A DNA stretch of 58,313 bases. It comes from a virus. Its lineage: Duplodnaviria; Caudoviricetes. The position numbers and the translations under genes were made by a program. This document shows positions 8,242 to 18,293 of the stretch, piece after piece. Position 1 is the stretch's first letter; every line of letters starts with the position of its first letter. Under the pieces are notes generated by a model. The model was not told where the DNA came from. It saw only the letters and a program-made list of their open reading frames with translations, and did no database searches. The stretch lies in IMG/VR virus record IMGVR_UViG_3300037264_003745, positions 1 to 58,313 of that record. One strand, written 5' to 3'.

Positions 8242-10962
8242 GTGGCTCTCGACGAAAGTCGCTTCTTCCCGGCACAGAACGCGAGCGAGGCCGATCTCCT
8301 CCGCTTCCGCGACCGCATCATCAACCGCTGGTCGACGTACCGCAACCAGCACATGGGACGTATCGCCCTCTCCTTCTGGTACTACCTCGGCCGGCAGTGG
8401 GCGGAGCTCGATGCCGAAGCCGCGTTCGACGGTGTGCGAGGCTCGATCCTCCGGGACGTCGACACCTCCGATCTCCCTCGGCCCGTCACGAACGAAATCT
8501 CCCCCGCGATGGAAGAGGAGATGATCGCGCTCGTTGGCCGGAAGTGGATAGCGACCAACACCCCGACCTCCAACGACCCGCGGATCAAGGCCGCGGCGCA
8601 GGTGGCGAAGGATCAGCTCAACTACAGGCTCGAACAGCTACAGTGGCAGCGGAAGCGGCGTCAGACCGCGCTCCACTTCGCGGTCGGCGGCACGGGTCTC
8701 ATCTACAGCACATGGGATAAGTCGTACTTCAACCTCCGCACCGTCGGTGCCCCAAGCGCTGTCTACTGTGGCTCGTGCTCGCTCAAGCTCTACTCTCCCG
8801 ACATCCCCCTCGCGACCTTCACCGCCGGGCTCGAAGGGCGACCGTTCTCGCACGCAGAAGCCGCACGCGAGCTCCCCCTCGGAGAAGGTGAGGGCGTGGA
8901 GGACAAGGACGACGCCCGGATGATGCGGCTCTCGTACTGCCCCCGCTGCCAGGAGGCGCACGAGCTCAAGCGCTACGACGTACCCGAAGAAGAAGCCCGA
9001 GAGAGCGACGACATCCTCGGTCGTCCCCTCGGCATCCAGGAGCCGCGGGGCGGGACGGAGATCGAGATCGACATCCCATTCGAGTTCTACCCGCAGAACG
9101 CGGGTGCGCGCGTCTCTCCGTACGATCTCAAGCGTTGGGGCCGGCGCAAGATCCGCTCGCTCGAGTGGATCGAGGAGCGCTTCCCGCACCTCGTCCATCT
9201 CATCTCTCCCGATCCCCCATCCGAGCTTCTCTACGACGACCCGATGCTCGGCGAGTGGTCAGTCCTCGGAAGCTGGTCGCCCTCGCTCGACTCCGGCATC
9301 CTCGACAACCACGCCCTCGTCGACGAGATCGTGGACGAGCCCTCCTTCCGTCACCCGCGGGGAAGGTACGTCGTCGCCACGAAAGACCTCGTCCTCGAAG
9401 ACTCCCCGCTCCTCGAAGAGCAGTACGACGAGACCGAAGGCGAGAAGCTCTACGTCCCGCGCGTCCAGATGAGCATCTCGCGCTACAAGATTCGGCCGCT
9501 CGAGCTGTGGGGGACGAGCGGCCCTGACGAAGTCATCTCGCCGCAGAATCGCGAGAACGGTATCGACGCCCAGCTCATCGAAGCTCGGCTGCGGATGGGC
9601 GGACCCAACATGTTCATGCACCCGGACATGTGGGTCGACAACCCGATCCGAACGGATTCGAGCTACGGGCTCGGCAAAATCTTCTTCTTCAATCCGTCGC
9701 TCGCGAATCCGCAGTTCGCCAAGCCCGAGGTGTTCGGGGGCGAGCTCATGTCGGATTCGGTCTACATGGAGCGGGATCGTGTGCAGGCCGACATCAAGCG
9801 GATCATCGGGCCGAGTGACGCTTCCCGCGGAGTAGCCCCAAAGAACGTCGGAACCACCAGCGGTCTCCAGCTCCTCATCGAGGGCGACGAGCGGTCTCGA
9901 TCTCTACGTGAGGAGGAGTTCGTCTCGAGCGTCGAGCGTACGTGGTCGCACATTCTTCAGCTCGAGTGGATCCTCCGCGTCGACCCGGATGTCTACCGCG
10001 TCCTCGGCCCCGACAAGACATGGAAGTACGAGCAGTATCGAGGCGCGATGCTGCGGGGCCAGTACGAGATCAAGATCGAGCGCTCCGCATTCATCGGGAA
10101 GAGCGTCGTGAGACGGGAAGCGATGCGGGAGGCGATTGCGGATGGGCTCGTCGCGGTCGACACCCCCGTCGCCCGCCGACGCGCTCTCGAAGCCTACGGA
10201 ACCGAGTGCGATGTCTCGGTGAACGCGGACCAGCAGTACCAAGTCGATCAGGCCGACAGGCAGTGGGTCGACTTCTCCGACAAAGGACTCGTGCGGGTGC
10301 AGGACTCGATCGACGATCCTGGGATTCGCTACCTCGTCCTCGGCACCCATCTCCTCAGCGACGAGGGCCAACGCATCACGCTCGAGAACTCTTGGGACGA
10401 CAAGGCGAGGGCGATCGCCGGGTGGGAGGCCGAGCTCCAGCGCGCATCGGCTCTCGAGCAGTCCGTCATCGCGTTCTACGGGGGGCGGCTGGGGGCGGAA
10501 GAGGCCAAGGTCGCGTACGCCACGGCGATGGTGGCGTACGACGAACAGATGCAGCTCCACGAGAAGCAGCTCGAGACCACTCGTGAGGTGGCTGCCACAC
10601 CGATCCCCGGCGCTCCTCCGCCGCCCGAGCCGCCGGCTCCGAGCAAGCCCCCGCCGCCGATCTTCCTCCCCGCCCTCCTCCAGGACCGCATCCTCACCAT
10701 CTGGCAGGGGATGTTCGAGAAGGCGGGGATCGAGCTGAGCGGTGGTGTCACGGAGGGGATGGAGCGCGACCCGCTCATCTACGTCAAGTTCCGAGCGCTG
10801 GTCGAAGCCTATCGGATGTCCGGGGCTGGGGGGCCGGCAGCGATGCCCGCGCCCAACGGCCCGCCGGCCGCTCCCCCCGCTGCGACGGCTCCGGCAAACA
10901 CGGGCAAGGGCGGCAATACGCCGCCGCCGACTGCGCCGATGCCGGAGGGCGGGAAGCACTGA
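8242..10962 (+). CDS. Portal protein with a Zn-finger-like insertion and a Pro-rich tail
   Basis: Follows terL; WYYLGRQW, VTNEISP, GTSG..VISPQ..EN and TTSGLQLL motifs typical of podoviral portals; CGSC...CPRC insert. Confidence 0.85.
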   Translation: MALDESRFFPAQNASEADLLRFRDRIINRWSTYRNQHMGRIALSFWYYLGRQWAELDAEAAFDGVRGSILRDVDTSDLPRPVTNEISPAMEEEMIALVGRKWIATNTPTSNDPRIKAAAQVAKDQLNYRLEQLQWQRKRRQTALHFAVGGTGLIYSTWDKSYFNLRTVGAPSAVYCGSCSLKLYSPDIPLATFTAGLEGRPFSHAEAARELPLGEGEGVEDKDDARMMRLSYCPRCQEAHELKRYDVPEEEARESDDILGRPLGIQEPRGGTEIEIDIPFEFYPQNAGARVSPYDLKRWGRRKIRSLEWIEERFPHLVHLISPDPPSELLYDDPMLGEWSVLGSWSPSLDSGILDNHALVDEIVDEPSFRHPRGRYVVATKDLVLEDSPLLEEQYDETEGEKLYVPRVQMSISRYKIRPLELWGTSGPDEVISPQNRENGIDAQLIEARLRMGGPNMFMHPDMWVDNPIRTDSSYGLGKIFFFNPSLANPQFAKPEVFGGELMSDSVYMERDRVQADIKRIIGPSDASRGVAPKNVGTTSGLQLLIEGDERSRSLREEEFVSSVERTWSHILQLEWILRVDPDVYRVLGPDKTWKYEQYRGAMLRGQYEIKIERSAFIGKSVVRREAMREAIADGLVAVDTPVARRRALEAYGTECDVSVNADQQYQVDQADRQWVDFSDKGLVRVQDSIDDPGIRYLVLGTHLLSDEGQRITLENSWDDKARAIAGWEAELQRASALEQSVIAFYGGRLGAEEAKVAYATAMVAYDEQMQLHEKQLETTREVAATPIPGAPPPPEPPAPSKPPPPIFLPALLQDRILTIWQGMFEKAGIELSGGVTEGMERDPLIYVKFRALVEAYRMSGAGGPAAMPAPNGPPAAPPAATAPANTGKGGNTPPPTAPMPEGGKH

Positions 10963-11021
10963 ACATGGATGAGTGGATGACGGATGACGGACGACCGACG
11001 GACGAAAGAGAGGGTTGAGAA

Positions 11022-11393
11022 ATGAACAGGATCGACGCCCCCGGTGGTGCAGCAAAGGCAAGCTGGCGCGACAGGATCTTACACGCGTTAGGTAGTGTGA
11101 ACGGGATCGACGATGAGGAAGAAGCCTGGGGGAGGAGGATACGCCGCATCGACAACGAGGTGCAGTCTCGCCGCCCATGGGGGGAAATCGACAGGAAGGC
11201 GAAGGCGAAGGCCGCGGCCGGTGGGGAGTTCGACGATCTGCTCGCGAAGAACGAGGAAGCCGCTGCTGGGGGCGCGGACGCAGCGGATGCCGCGGGCGAC
11301 GCGGATGACTACGCCGCGCAGCTAGAGAGGGAGAGGGAGAGGCGCAGGAATCCCCCTCCCGCAGGCCCGCAGGCGGATGCACTGAAGAAGTAG
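11022..11393 (+). CDS. Hypothetical protein
   Basis: ATG with a GAGG-type RBS; in the head operon. Confidence 0.65.
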   Translation: MNRIDAPGGAAKASWRDRILHALGSVNGIDDEEEAWGRRIRRIDNEVQSRRPWGEIDRKAKAKAAAGGEFDDLLAKNEEAAAGGADAADAAGDADDYAAQLERERERRRNPPPAGPQADALKK

Positions 11394-11409
11394 GCAAAGG
11401 CAAATCACG

Positions 11410-11712
11410 ATGACAACGAAAACAACCTCTTCCGGTTACGTCGGTGACATGCGTCCGGCCGAGAGAGCGGATCAGCCTCCCCCCCGACTGGCTCGAACGC
11501 TTTCCGAGTGGCGGCTGTCGGTCAGCTTCATGCAGGGGGTGAGTGAGCTCATCCTCACCTTCACCACGCGCGAGGCCGCGCTCAAGTCCGCGCTCGCGAT
11601 CATCAGCCAGGGGTACGTGGAGCAGGACCGCCAGAAAGACCCCTCGATCTACGACACCGTGATCTACCCGATCCAGCAGGTTCGGACGATGTACGTCTTC
11701 GAGAAGAAGTGA
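11410..11712 (+). CDS. Hypothetical protein
   Basis: Typical codon usage, operon context. Confidence 0.7.
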   Translation: MTTKTTSSGYVGDMRPAERADQPPPRLARTLSEWRLSVSFMQGVSELILTFTTREAALKSALAIISQGYVEQDRQKDPSIYDTVIYPIQQVRTMYVFEKK

Positions 11713-11724
11713 ACGGGAGCTGAG

Positions 11725-11919
11725 ATGGCGAAGTGGATGGCGAGAGGTGAGGGCGGGGGCGAGGATGAGGGTGGGGAGAAGGCGAGGACGGTGGGGAAGA
11801 AGCTGCCCCCAGCGTTCCTGAAGCGCGGGAAGCGCATGAAGCGTGGCCGCGAGAAGGGCCGCGCCCACACGCAGGCTCGAGCGCTTCAGGCGCAGGCCGC
11901 GGAAGAGAACGAGATCTGA
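11725..11919 (+). CDS. Small basic protein
   Basis: GGGAG RBS; KKLPPAFLK motif. Confidence 0.65.
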   Translation: MAKWMARGEGGGEDEGGEKARTVGKKLPPAFLKRGKRMKRGREKGRAHTQARALQAQAAEENEI

Positions 11920-12173
11920 TGCCGAAGTACCTCCCCTGTCCAACCTGCCACTCGCACGCTCTCGCGACGAAGTCCGGCCTTCTCCACTCCGCCGGCCAGC
12001 TCTCCGCCCCTACGATCTCCTACATCTGCAAGCGCTGCGGCCGACCCACCACCCTCTCCGCCCCGGAGTTCGAGCTCCTCCCCGAGATGTCCTCCGCCGA
12101 GATCACCGCGGCCACTTGTGATCTCCCGTACTCCGCCCTGGACGTCCCGACCGCACAGCACGCCAAGTCATAG
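11919..12173 (+). CDS. Zn-ribbon protein
   Basis: CPTC...CKRC. Confidence 0.7.
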   Translation: MPKYLPCPTCHSHALATKSGLLHSAGQLSAPTISYICKRCGRPTTLSAPEFELLPEMSSAEITAATCDLPYSALDVPTAQHAKS

Positions 12174-12185
12174 CACCGTCGGAGC

Positions 12186-12215
12186 TTGACAACTCCACTC
12201 GTCCACTCCTACACT
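12186..12215 (+). promoter_or_regulatory. Sigma70-like promoter upstream of scaffold/capsid
   Basis: TTGACA-18 nt-TACACT. Confidence 0.6.
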
Positions 12216-12265
12216 CCACCTAGTATGAGTTCCACACGTTCACGCCAGCGAAGGGAGAACCCCTG

Positions 12266-13543
12266 ATGCCTGACGGTGATGTAGACGTCACGGTCGGAGG
12301 CGACGCAGCCTCCGACGTTGGTATCGACTCCAGTTTTCCTTCCACCTCCGGCACCGGGCGAACCCCGGCAACGGACGAGGGTGAAGGGGGCGGCGGCGAC
12401 CCCGATCTCGAACAGGTCGCCGAGGAGTTCGACGCCGAGGCACTGGCGGCATTGGGGGGTCAGCGCCCCAGGTCCGTCAGGGGAGAGGGTGCAGACGTCG
12501 ACGGTCGAAGGTCCACTTCCGACCCGATCGACGACTTCATCGAGAAGAACTACCAGGGTGATCGCGACGCATTCGTCCACTCGCTCTATTCGTCACGCGA
12601 GGAAATGAAGCGGATGCGATCGGAGATCGACGAGCTCAAGCACGGAGAAGCCAGCCATGCGCGAGCCCCGATCGCGACCCGCGACCGCGAAGCCGACTTC
12701 TCGTCGGCACGCGCGTCGAACCCGGAGCTCCAGGCCCTCGACCAGGAAATCAAGGTCATCGACAACGACGCGCAGGTGGCGACGAAAGAGCTTCACAGCA
12801 CCGCCGGACGGGCACAACAGGTGGCGAGCCGGGTCAAAGAGCTTCAAGGGCAGATGTCGAAATCCGAGCCCGAGGAGCGCGCCATTTTGCGTGCAGAGGT
12901 GGCAGAGCTCAACGCAGAGCTCTTCTCCCTCGATCAGGACTGGAAGAATGTCCAGTCCGAGCTCCGCCGGCTCAACATGGAGAAGCGTCGCACACAACGC
13001 GAGGTCATTCGTGCGGAGCAGTCCGTCCGCGAGTCGGTGGCCGACGAGGAGAAAGCCGGTAGAGAGCGCGCAGAGGTGATCACGACGACGCGTCAGCAGT
13101 TCGACTCGTCGCTCGCTTCTCACTTCAACACGATTGGGGTAGACCCGCAGTCCGAGCAGGGGCAATTCCTGCGTGAGACCTGCCGTACCAAGCTCCGCGA
13201 CTACTTCTCGTCGCTGGGTGATGGCTACGGGCTCGATGGTGCCGGCATCCACCGCGCGGTGGGGCAGATCCTAATCCGCGCTGTGAAGGCGTTCGGTCTC
13301 CGTCCGAGCCAATCATCCCGGAGGTCGTCCATCACTCCCCGCCCGATCATCACTCCACGCATGCCTGCACCGTTCGCTCGAACCGGGCCGCGTCCCTCCT
13401 CGTCCCAATCATCCCTTGATGGTGTGCTCGACAATCCGAACCTCAGTCCACGCGAGAAAGCAGCGTTCGTGCGAAAGCGCGCCGATGCGGTCTTCGCGGC
13501 TGGGGGCCGGGCCGTTGCTCGAGGTGGCCGCGGCCCGTCGTAG
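12266..13543 (+). CDS. Putative capsid scaffolding protein
   Basis: Acidic N-terminus, long coiled coil, immediately upstream of the major capsid gene. Confidence 0.6.
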   Translation: MPDGDVDVTVGGDAASDVGIDSSFPSTSGTGRTPATDEGEGGGGDPDLEQVAEEFDAEALAALGGQRPRSVRGEGADVDGRRSTSDPIDDFIEKNYQGDRDAFVHSLYSSREEMKRMRSEIDELKHGEASHARAPIATRDREADFSSARASNPELQALDQEIKVIDNDAQVATKELHSTAGRAQQVASRVKELQGQMSKSEPEERAILRAEVAELNAELFSLDQDWKNVQSELRRLNMEKRRTQREVIRAEQSVRESVADEEKAGRERAEVITTTRQQFDSSLASHFNTIGVDPQSEQGQFLRETCRTKLRDYFSSLGDGYGLDGAGIHRAVGQILIRAVKAFGLRPSQSSRRSSITPRPIITPRMPAPFARTGPRPSSSQSSLDGVLDNPNLSPREKAAFVRKRADAVFAAGGRAVARGGRGPS

Positions 13544-13582
13544 TCCGTGGTCGATCACACCAGCCTCCGCTAGGAGACTATC

Positions 13583-14875
13583 GTGCCTGGAGCAATCACA
13601 GACATCGCAAACAGCTTGAAGGTCGCCTACCCGTCCCGAGCCATCGAAACGATGGTGCAGGCCGAGCAGGTCTTCAGGCCCCGCCTCACCCGTGAGCTGC
13701 CGTCCGGTTCCAAGCTCACCGACGGGTACGAGATCCGGTTCGGAGCTCGCCTCTCGCCGTCTCAGAACGTCGGGCAGATCGCCGACATGGGATCCTTCCC
13801 GTACGCGAAGGACGCGATCGACCGGCAGTTCGTCTTCAAGCCGACGATCTTCGCCGCCGACTTCCAGATCGGCATCATGACGCGGTTCGTTGCCGCGTCG
13901 AACGTCGCCGGCTTCAACGGCGGCGAGATGCGGCGACGACCGGAAGAGGTCATGAACGACCTCGGCAAGTTCATCGAGTCGACCTACGTCGGCACGGACG
14001 GCTCCGGGATCCGCGGCTACGTCGAGTCCGACCCCGGTGCGAACCAGCTCAAGATGAAGCTGCCCCACGGCATCCGTCTGCTCCGCGAGAACTTCTACAT
14101 CTCGGAGCGCATCGCCGCCGGCAGCACCGTCCGTGACTCGCTCGACGGCCGCACCATCACGGACATGGCGTACGACACGCGGATCATCACCTACTCCGGG
14201 GCCGACCAGACGCCGGTCGCGGACGATCCCGTCTACGTCGTCTCCGAGACGACGCAGACCCTCACGACGCTCTTCGCGAACGGTCTCCGCGGCCAGATCG
14301 ACGACGGCACGCTCGCGCAGTACATCCACACGCTCGACCGCACCGCAGCCGGCAACACCAAGCTGAAGTCGCTCGTCTACAGCAACGGTGGTGAGCGCCG
14401 GAACCTGACCGAGCAGCTCATGATCGCCGCGAACCACGACATCTGGCAGCGCGTCAGCAAGCGGCCCTCGACGCTCTTCATGCCCGAGACGCAGGTGGAG
14501 AAGTACATCGAGTTCGTCGCTCCCGCGCGTCGCTTCCCCGCGGTGGGTCGCGAGCGTCAGGGCAAGTCGACCGGCTACGACGTCTCCGATCTGCACCACT
14601 TCGCACCGGGCGTCGACATGGACTTCATGATCTCCCCGGACGCTCTGCCCGGCGAAATCTACGGTCTCTCGTGGGATTCGTTCTTCCTCTACGAGGCAGT
14701 CCGTCTCCAGTGGCTCAGCGGCCACGACACCGCGAACCTCCTCCTCCTCCCCGGCACCGGCACGCACAAGGCCGGCTGGGGCGCGTACCTCGTCTCGATC
14801 GAGAACTTCGGCACGGACTTCCCGCTCGCTTCGTGGAAGATGACCGACCTGAAGGATCGGGCGCTCGGCGACTAG
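13583..14875 (+). CDS. Major capsid protein
   Basis: 430 aa, AGGAG RBS, strongly biased codons, YVGTDGSG and NGLRGQIDD motifs, position after the scaffold. Confidence 0.85.
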   Translation: MPGAITDIANSLKVAYPSRAIETMVQAEQVFRPRLTRELPSGSKLTDGYEIRFGARLSPSQNVGQIADMGSFPYAKDAIDRQFVFKPTIFAADFQIGIMTRFVAASNVAGFNGGEMRRRPEEVMNDLGKFIESTYVGTDGSGIRGYVESDPGANQLKMKLPHGIRLLRENFYISERIAAGSTVRDSLDGRTITDMAYDTRIITYSGADQTPVADDPVYVVSETTQTLTTLFANGLRGQIDDGTLAQYIHTLDRTAAGNTKLKSLVYSNGGERRNLTEQLMIAANHDIWQRVSKRPSTLFMPETQVEKYIEFVAPARRFPAVGRERQGKSTGYDVSDLHHFAPGVDMDFMISPDALPGEIYGLSWDSFFLYEAVRLQWLSGHDTANLLLLPGTGTHKAGWGAYLVSIENFGTDFPLASWKMTDLKDRALGD

Positions 14876-14913
14876 CGTTCGCTCGTTCACCTTCGTTCGC
14901 GTCCTCACCCGCA

Positions 14914-14948
14914 CCCCAGGGGGCTGATATCCTCCCAGCCCCCTGGGG
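14914..14948 (+). terminator. Perfect 13-bp stem-loop after the capsid gene (terminator, attenuator or stabiliser)
   Basis: CCCCAGGGGGCTG-9 nt-CAGCCCCCTGGGG; weak U-tract. Confidence 0.6.
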
Positions 14949-15050
14949 CTCTTACTCGGAGGCTGGAATGCAGAGTGCAGACCCGATCTGCTCTGACCGT
15001 CACCCTCCCGAGGGTGCCGGCAATCTCGACGCACAAGAGGAGATGAATCC

Positions 15051-15983
15051 ATGACCAACTTCAATCCCGCGGGTGGGGCGATCCCGCACGAACGTGTGTA
15101 CGCGCACCAGCTCAGCGAGGGCGTGCGGAAGGGGAAGTACTGCATCATCGAGCGGATCTCCACCCACCCTCTCATCCTCGAGCACGGGACGCAGACCACA
15201 CCCGTCGTCGTCCCCACGCTCCCCACGGCCGCGCAGGATGGCCTCAGCACCATCTACTTCCGGGAGGGGCTCGGTGAGGCCGTCCTCGAGATGTTCCAGA
15301 CGACCGCACAGACCCTCGTGCCCTCGCGTCACGCGACGAAGGGCATCCTGATCGGCTGCGACGTCGTCAACAACGAGTCGGTCGAGTTCGTCCCCGGCGG
15401 CAACCACGCCGCGAACCCGCTCGGCTGTCTCGCCGGCACCGATCCGGGCGTCTTCATCCGCGCCACGTTCGAGTTCGCGGACACCAGCGGCACCGACCAG
15501 TTCGTCGTCGGCTTCCGCAAGCAGGCAGCCTACGCCGTGCCGACCTCCTTCCTCACGACGGGCGACGCTCTTTACACCGACTACTTCGGCATCGGGTTCA
15601 GCGGCACCGCGGCCTCGAACCTCGTGAAGACCGCATCCGACCTCAACGACGCCGGGTCGGCCGTCGTCACCTCCACGGGCTTCGCCTGGGCGGACGGTCT
15701 CATCCACACGCTCGAAGTCCGCGTCAAGGGTCGCCGCGTCACCTGTGCGATCAACGGTGTCGTGCTCGGCAGCTCGGTGAAGAAGGACGGGCTCGGTGCC
15801 GCGATCACCGCGCAGTCGACTCTCACGACTCCGGTCTTCTCGTTCGATGCCGGCGACTTCCTGATCCCCTTCATCTTCCACCGCTACGACGCCACGACAC
15901 CGGGTGCGGTCTACCTCCGCAAGCTGGTCGTCGGGCAGCTTCTCGAGGACGGGCTCGATCCGTCCGGGAAGGGACCGCAGTAG
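15051..15983 (+). CDS. Structural protein (minor capsid/decoration-like, beta-rich)
   Basis: GAGGAG RBS, capsid-like codon bias, follows the capsid gene. Confidence 0.7.
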   Translation: MTNFNPAGGAIPHERVYAHQLSEGVRKGKYCIIERISTHPLILEHGTQTTPVVVPTLPTAAQDGLSTIYFREGLGEAVLEMFQTTAQTLVPSRHATKGILIGCDVVNNESVEFVPGGNHAANPLGCLAGTDPGVFIRATFEFADTSGTDQFVVGFRKQAAYAVPTSFLTTGDALYTDYFGIGFSGTAASNLVKTASDLNDAGSAVVTSTGFAWADGLIHTLEVRVKGRRVTCAINGVVLGSSVKKDGLGAAITAQSTLTTPVFSFDAGDFLIPFIFHRYDATTPGAVYLRKLVVGQLLEDGLDPSGKGPQ

Positions 15984-15987
15984 CTCG

Positions 15988-16719
15988 ATGGACTGGCTCC
16001 AGGAGGGTCGACGCCGGGCGAACTCGCGCATGCAGTCGATGGTCGACTCTGCGCCGACCCTCTCCGTTCCCATCCGCGACACCGCGGAATCCGCTCCCGG
16101 CTGGCGCTACCTCGGCGAGACCTACTCCTGCATCCCCGACGCCGTCTACCCGTGGGATCCGGCGGTCGTTCGCGCCATCCGTGAGTTCTGCTCGGACGCG
16201 GTCCCCATCTCCATCCGCTCCGTCTGGAAGTCCTCTCGCCTCGATGGCGAACCCCGAACGATGGTCATCGTCCGTCACGGTCTCGCGCGCTCCATCCGCG
16301 ATCCGATCGCCCCGATTCACCACTTCGACTGCATCATGCCGTCGACTCCGGTTTCGGGCGGCGTGCGACTCCCGAAGCCCAACTACATCGAGCTCAACTG
16401 GTACGACAAGGAGGTCCGCCCGTGGGGGTACGATCTGCCCGGTGCGTACCTCCCGTTCGATTGGGAGCTCCATGCGTGCCTCCGTCGTGCGTACGTCGAC
16501 TCCCTCTCTCCAACCGAGCTGGTCGACTATCTCGTCTCGCCATACAACGCGAGGCAGAAGATCCGAACGAAGCAGAAGAAGGATGAGGAAGCGTACGTCA
16601 ACAACGACGTGCAGACCTATGCTGCGAAGAAGATCGCAGGCATGTCGGATGTCGAGCTGAAGGAAGCGGTGCTGGGAGAACCCCCGCCACCCGAATCCAG
16701 TCCAAGAGGAGATCACTAA
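15988..16719 (+). CDS. Hypothetical protein in the virion module
   Basis: ATG at 15988 just after the upstream stop. Confidence 0.7.
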   Translation: MDWLQEGRRRANSRMQSMVDSAPTLSVPIRDTAESAPGWRYLGETYSCIPDAVYPWDPAVVRAIREFCSDAVPISIRSVWKSSRLDGEPRTMVIVRHGLARSIRDPIAPIHHFDCIMPSTPVSGGVRLPKPNYIELNWYDKEVRPWGYDLPGAYLPFDWELHACLRRAYVDSLSPTELVDYLVSPYNARQKIRTKQKKDEEAYVNNDVQTYAAKKIAGMSDVELKEAVLGEPPPPESSPRGDH

Positions 16720-16722
16720 GCC

Positions 16723-17595
16723 ATGTCGTCTCAGCCCAACATCGCACCGCAGATCGTCTCGTTCGTCGCGCCTCGCCGCTCGTACGTCCTTCACAACGCG
16801 AAGCCGAAGCGCGTCGAGGTGATGTACGTCGGGAACCTGATGACGCTTCCCGCCATCGACGAGGTCCACGCCATCAAGGCCGATACGGACGCGGACGGCG
16901 ATCCCATCCCCGGCACGTACGTTCTCGAGGACCAGTACATCTTCATCCCCGACATCGGAGACGAGGTGCTGATCTTCGACTGCGCGAAGGCCATTGCCCA
17001 CATCCTTGGTCTGAAGCGGGGATCGGACGGCAAGCTCACCGAGGCCACGGGCCACTTCGCGGTTGGGGGTGTCAGTCTCCTCCCGCGCCACTCCACGAAG
17101 GAGCAGTGGCAGGGAGTGGCGGCGACGGGTGAGCAGCGGGCGTGGATGACGCGTGTGCGGGTGGCGCAGCAGCTCATCCAGGACGTGGATGAGAAGAATG
17201 CTCGGCGGAAGTCCGCGGGGATGGACGCGGTCCACGGTGGCCCGGAGTGGGACGCGGCGCGCGCGCTCATCACCGAGTACAACGCCGTCATGCAGCAGGA
17301 TGCGCGGAAGGTACTCTCGATCTCTCCGGTCGCCTCGGAGAAGCTCGACGACGACATCGAGATCACGGCGATTGCGCGGGCGAAGGCGATGGAGCTCGCG
17401 ACCACGGTGTCGGAGGGCAAGAAGATCGACGCTCAGCAGCTCTTCAACGAGCTGATGGACGATCCGAAGATCCGGCAGTGGGCACAGAAGGAGTGGAGGT
17501 TCCGTCGTCGCGGCCACGAGCCGATCAAGGACGCGGAACTCGTCGCCGCTGCGGAGCTCGGCGTGCCGGTCAGCGCGGTAGGTCTGGAGAAGTAG
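16723..17595 (+). CDS. Hypothetical protein in the virion module
   Basis: GAGGAG RBS, 290 aa. Confidence 0.75.
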   Translation: MSSQPNIAPQIVSFVAPRRSYVLHNAKPKRVEVMYVGNLMTLPAIDEVHAIKADTDADGDPIPGTYVLEDQYIFIPDIGDEVLIFDCAKAIAHILGLKRGSDGKLTEATGHFAVGGVSLLPRHSTKEQWQGVAATGEQRAWMTRVRVAQQLIQDVDEKNARRKSAGMDAVHGGPEWDAARALITEYNAVMQQDARKVLSISPVASEKLDDDIEITAIARAKAMELATTVSEGKKIDAQQLFNELMDDPKIRQWAQKEWRFRRRGHEPIKDAELVAAAELGVPVSAVGLEK

Positions 17596-17628
17596 TCGGA
17601 GGTCGAAGGTCGGAAAGGGGGATTCGAG

Positions 17629-18264
17629 ATGACGCCCGCAGCCGCCATCAGCATCATCATCTCGGACTACGACAGCGCTGATCCGACCGACGCCGACAAT
17701 GCCGCCCTCCGCGTGAAGTACCTCCGCTTCCTTCAGCACATCTACAGCTACGTCTGGAACATCCGAGAGTGGGAGTGGACGTACAAGGAGGCGACAGTCA
17801 CCATCACGGCGGGCAACAACTACGTCGCACTCCCGACGGACTTCCAGTCGCTCGGGCAGCAGGGATCGCTCTACGACCAGAACGGCCTTCAGTTCGTGCC
17901 AAAAGCCCGATACATCGTCGAGAGGCTGCGGCGATCCGGGGGGAGCAGCACTGGCATCTTCGCGGTGTGGGGTGGGAAGATCCAGCTCCCCTATGCCGTG
18001 TCAGCGACCACGGTCCTCACGATCTTCTACCGCCTCCGCGCCGAGACGCTCGCGGACGGCTCCACGGAGATGACGATACCGGATCGCTACGCTCACACCG
18101 TGATCATTCCCGGACTCGTCTTCCGGGCACAAGAGAAGAAGCAGGACGCGCGCGAGACGTGGTCGCAGCAGTTCAACAGCGGTCTCAGCCAGATGGCAGC
18201 GGAAGAGAATCCGTCGAAGTTCGAGAACGTGCGCATGCCGCTCATGATGAGAGGCGGATGGTAG
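17629..18264 (+). CDS. Head-tail adaptor (tail tubular A-like)
   Basis: WEW...TITAGNNYVALPTDF...YRLRAETL...IPDRY pattern typical of podoviral adaptors. Confidence 0.75.
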   Translation: MTPAAAISIIISDYDSADPTDADNAALRVKYLRFLQHIYSYVWNIREWEWTYKEATVTITAGNNYVALPTDFQSLGQQGSLYDQNGLQFVPKARYIVERLRRSGGSSTGIFAVWGGKIQLPYAVSATTVLTIFYRLRAETLADGSTEMTIPDRYAHTVIIPGLVFRAQEKKQDARETWSQQFNSGLSQMAAEENPSKFENVRMPLMMRGGW

Positions 18265-18293
18265 GACGCAGGGAACGGAGAACGGAGAACAAG

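Noticed and set aside
14873-15054. Stop-codon readthrough fusing the capsid to the downstream protein
   Set aside because: The readthrough frame stops near 15045 and is out of frame with 15051; no clear slippery site
9904-17739. Long antisense ORFs (9904-11943, 13409-15253, 15871-17739; also 32044-33912)
   Set aside because: Shadow frames of high-GC3 genes, with no RBS and no motifs
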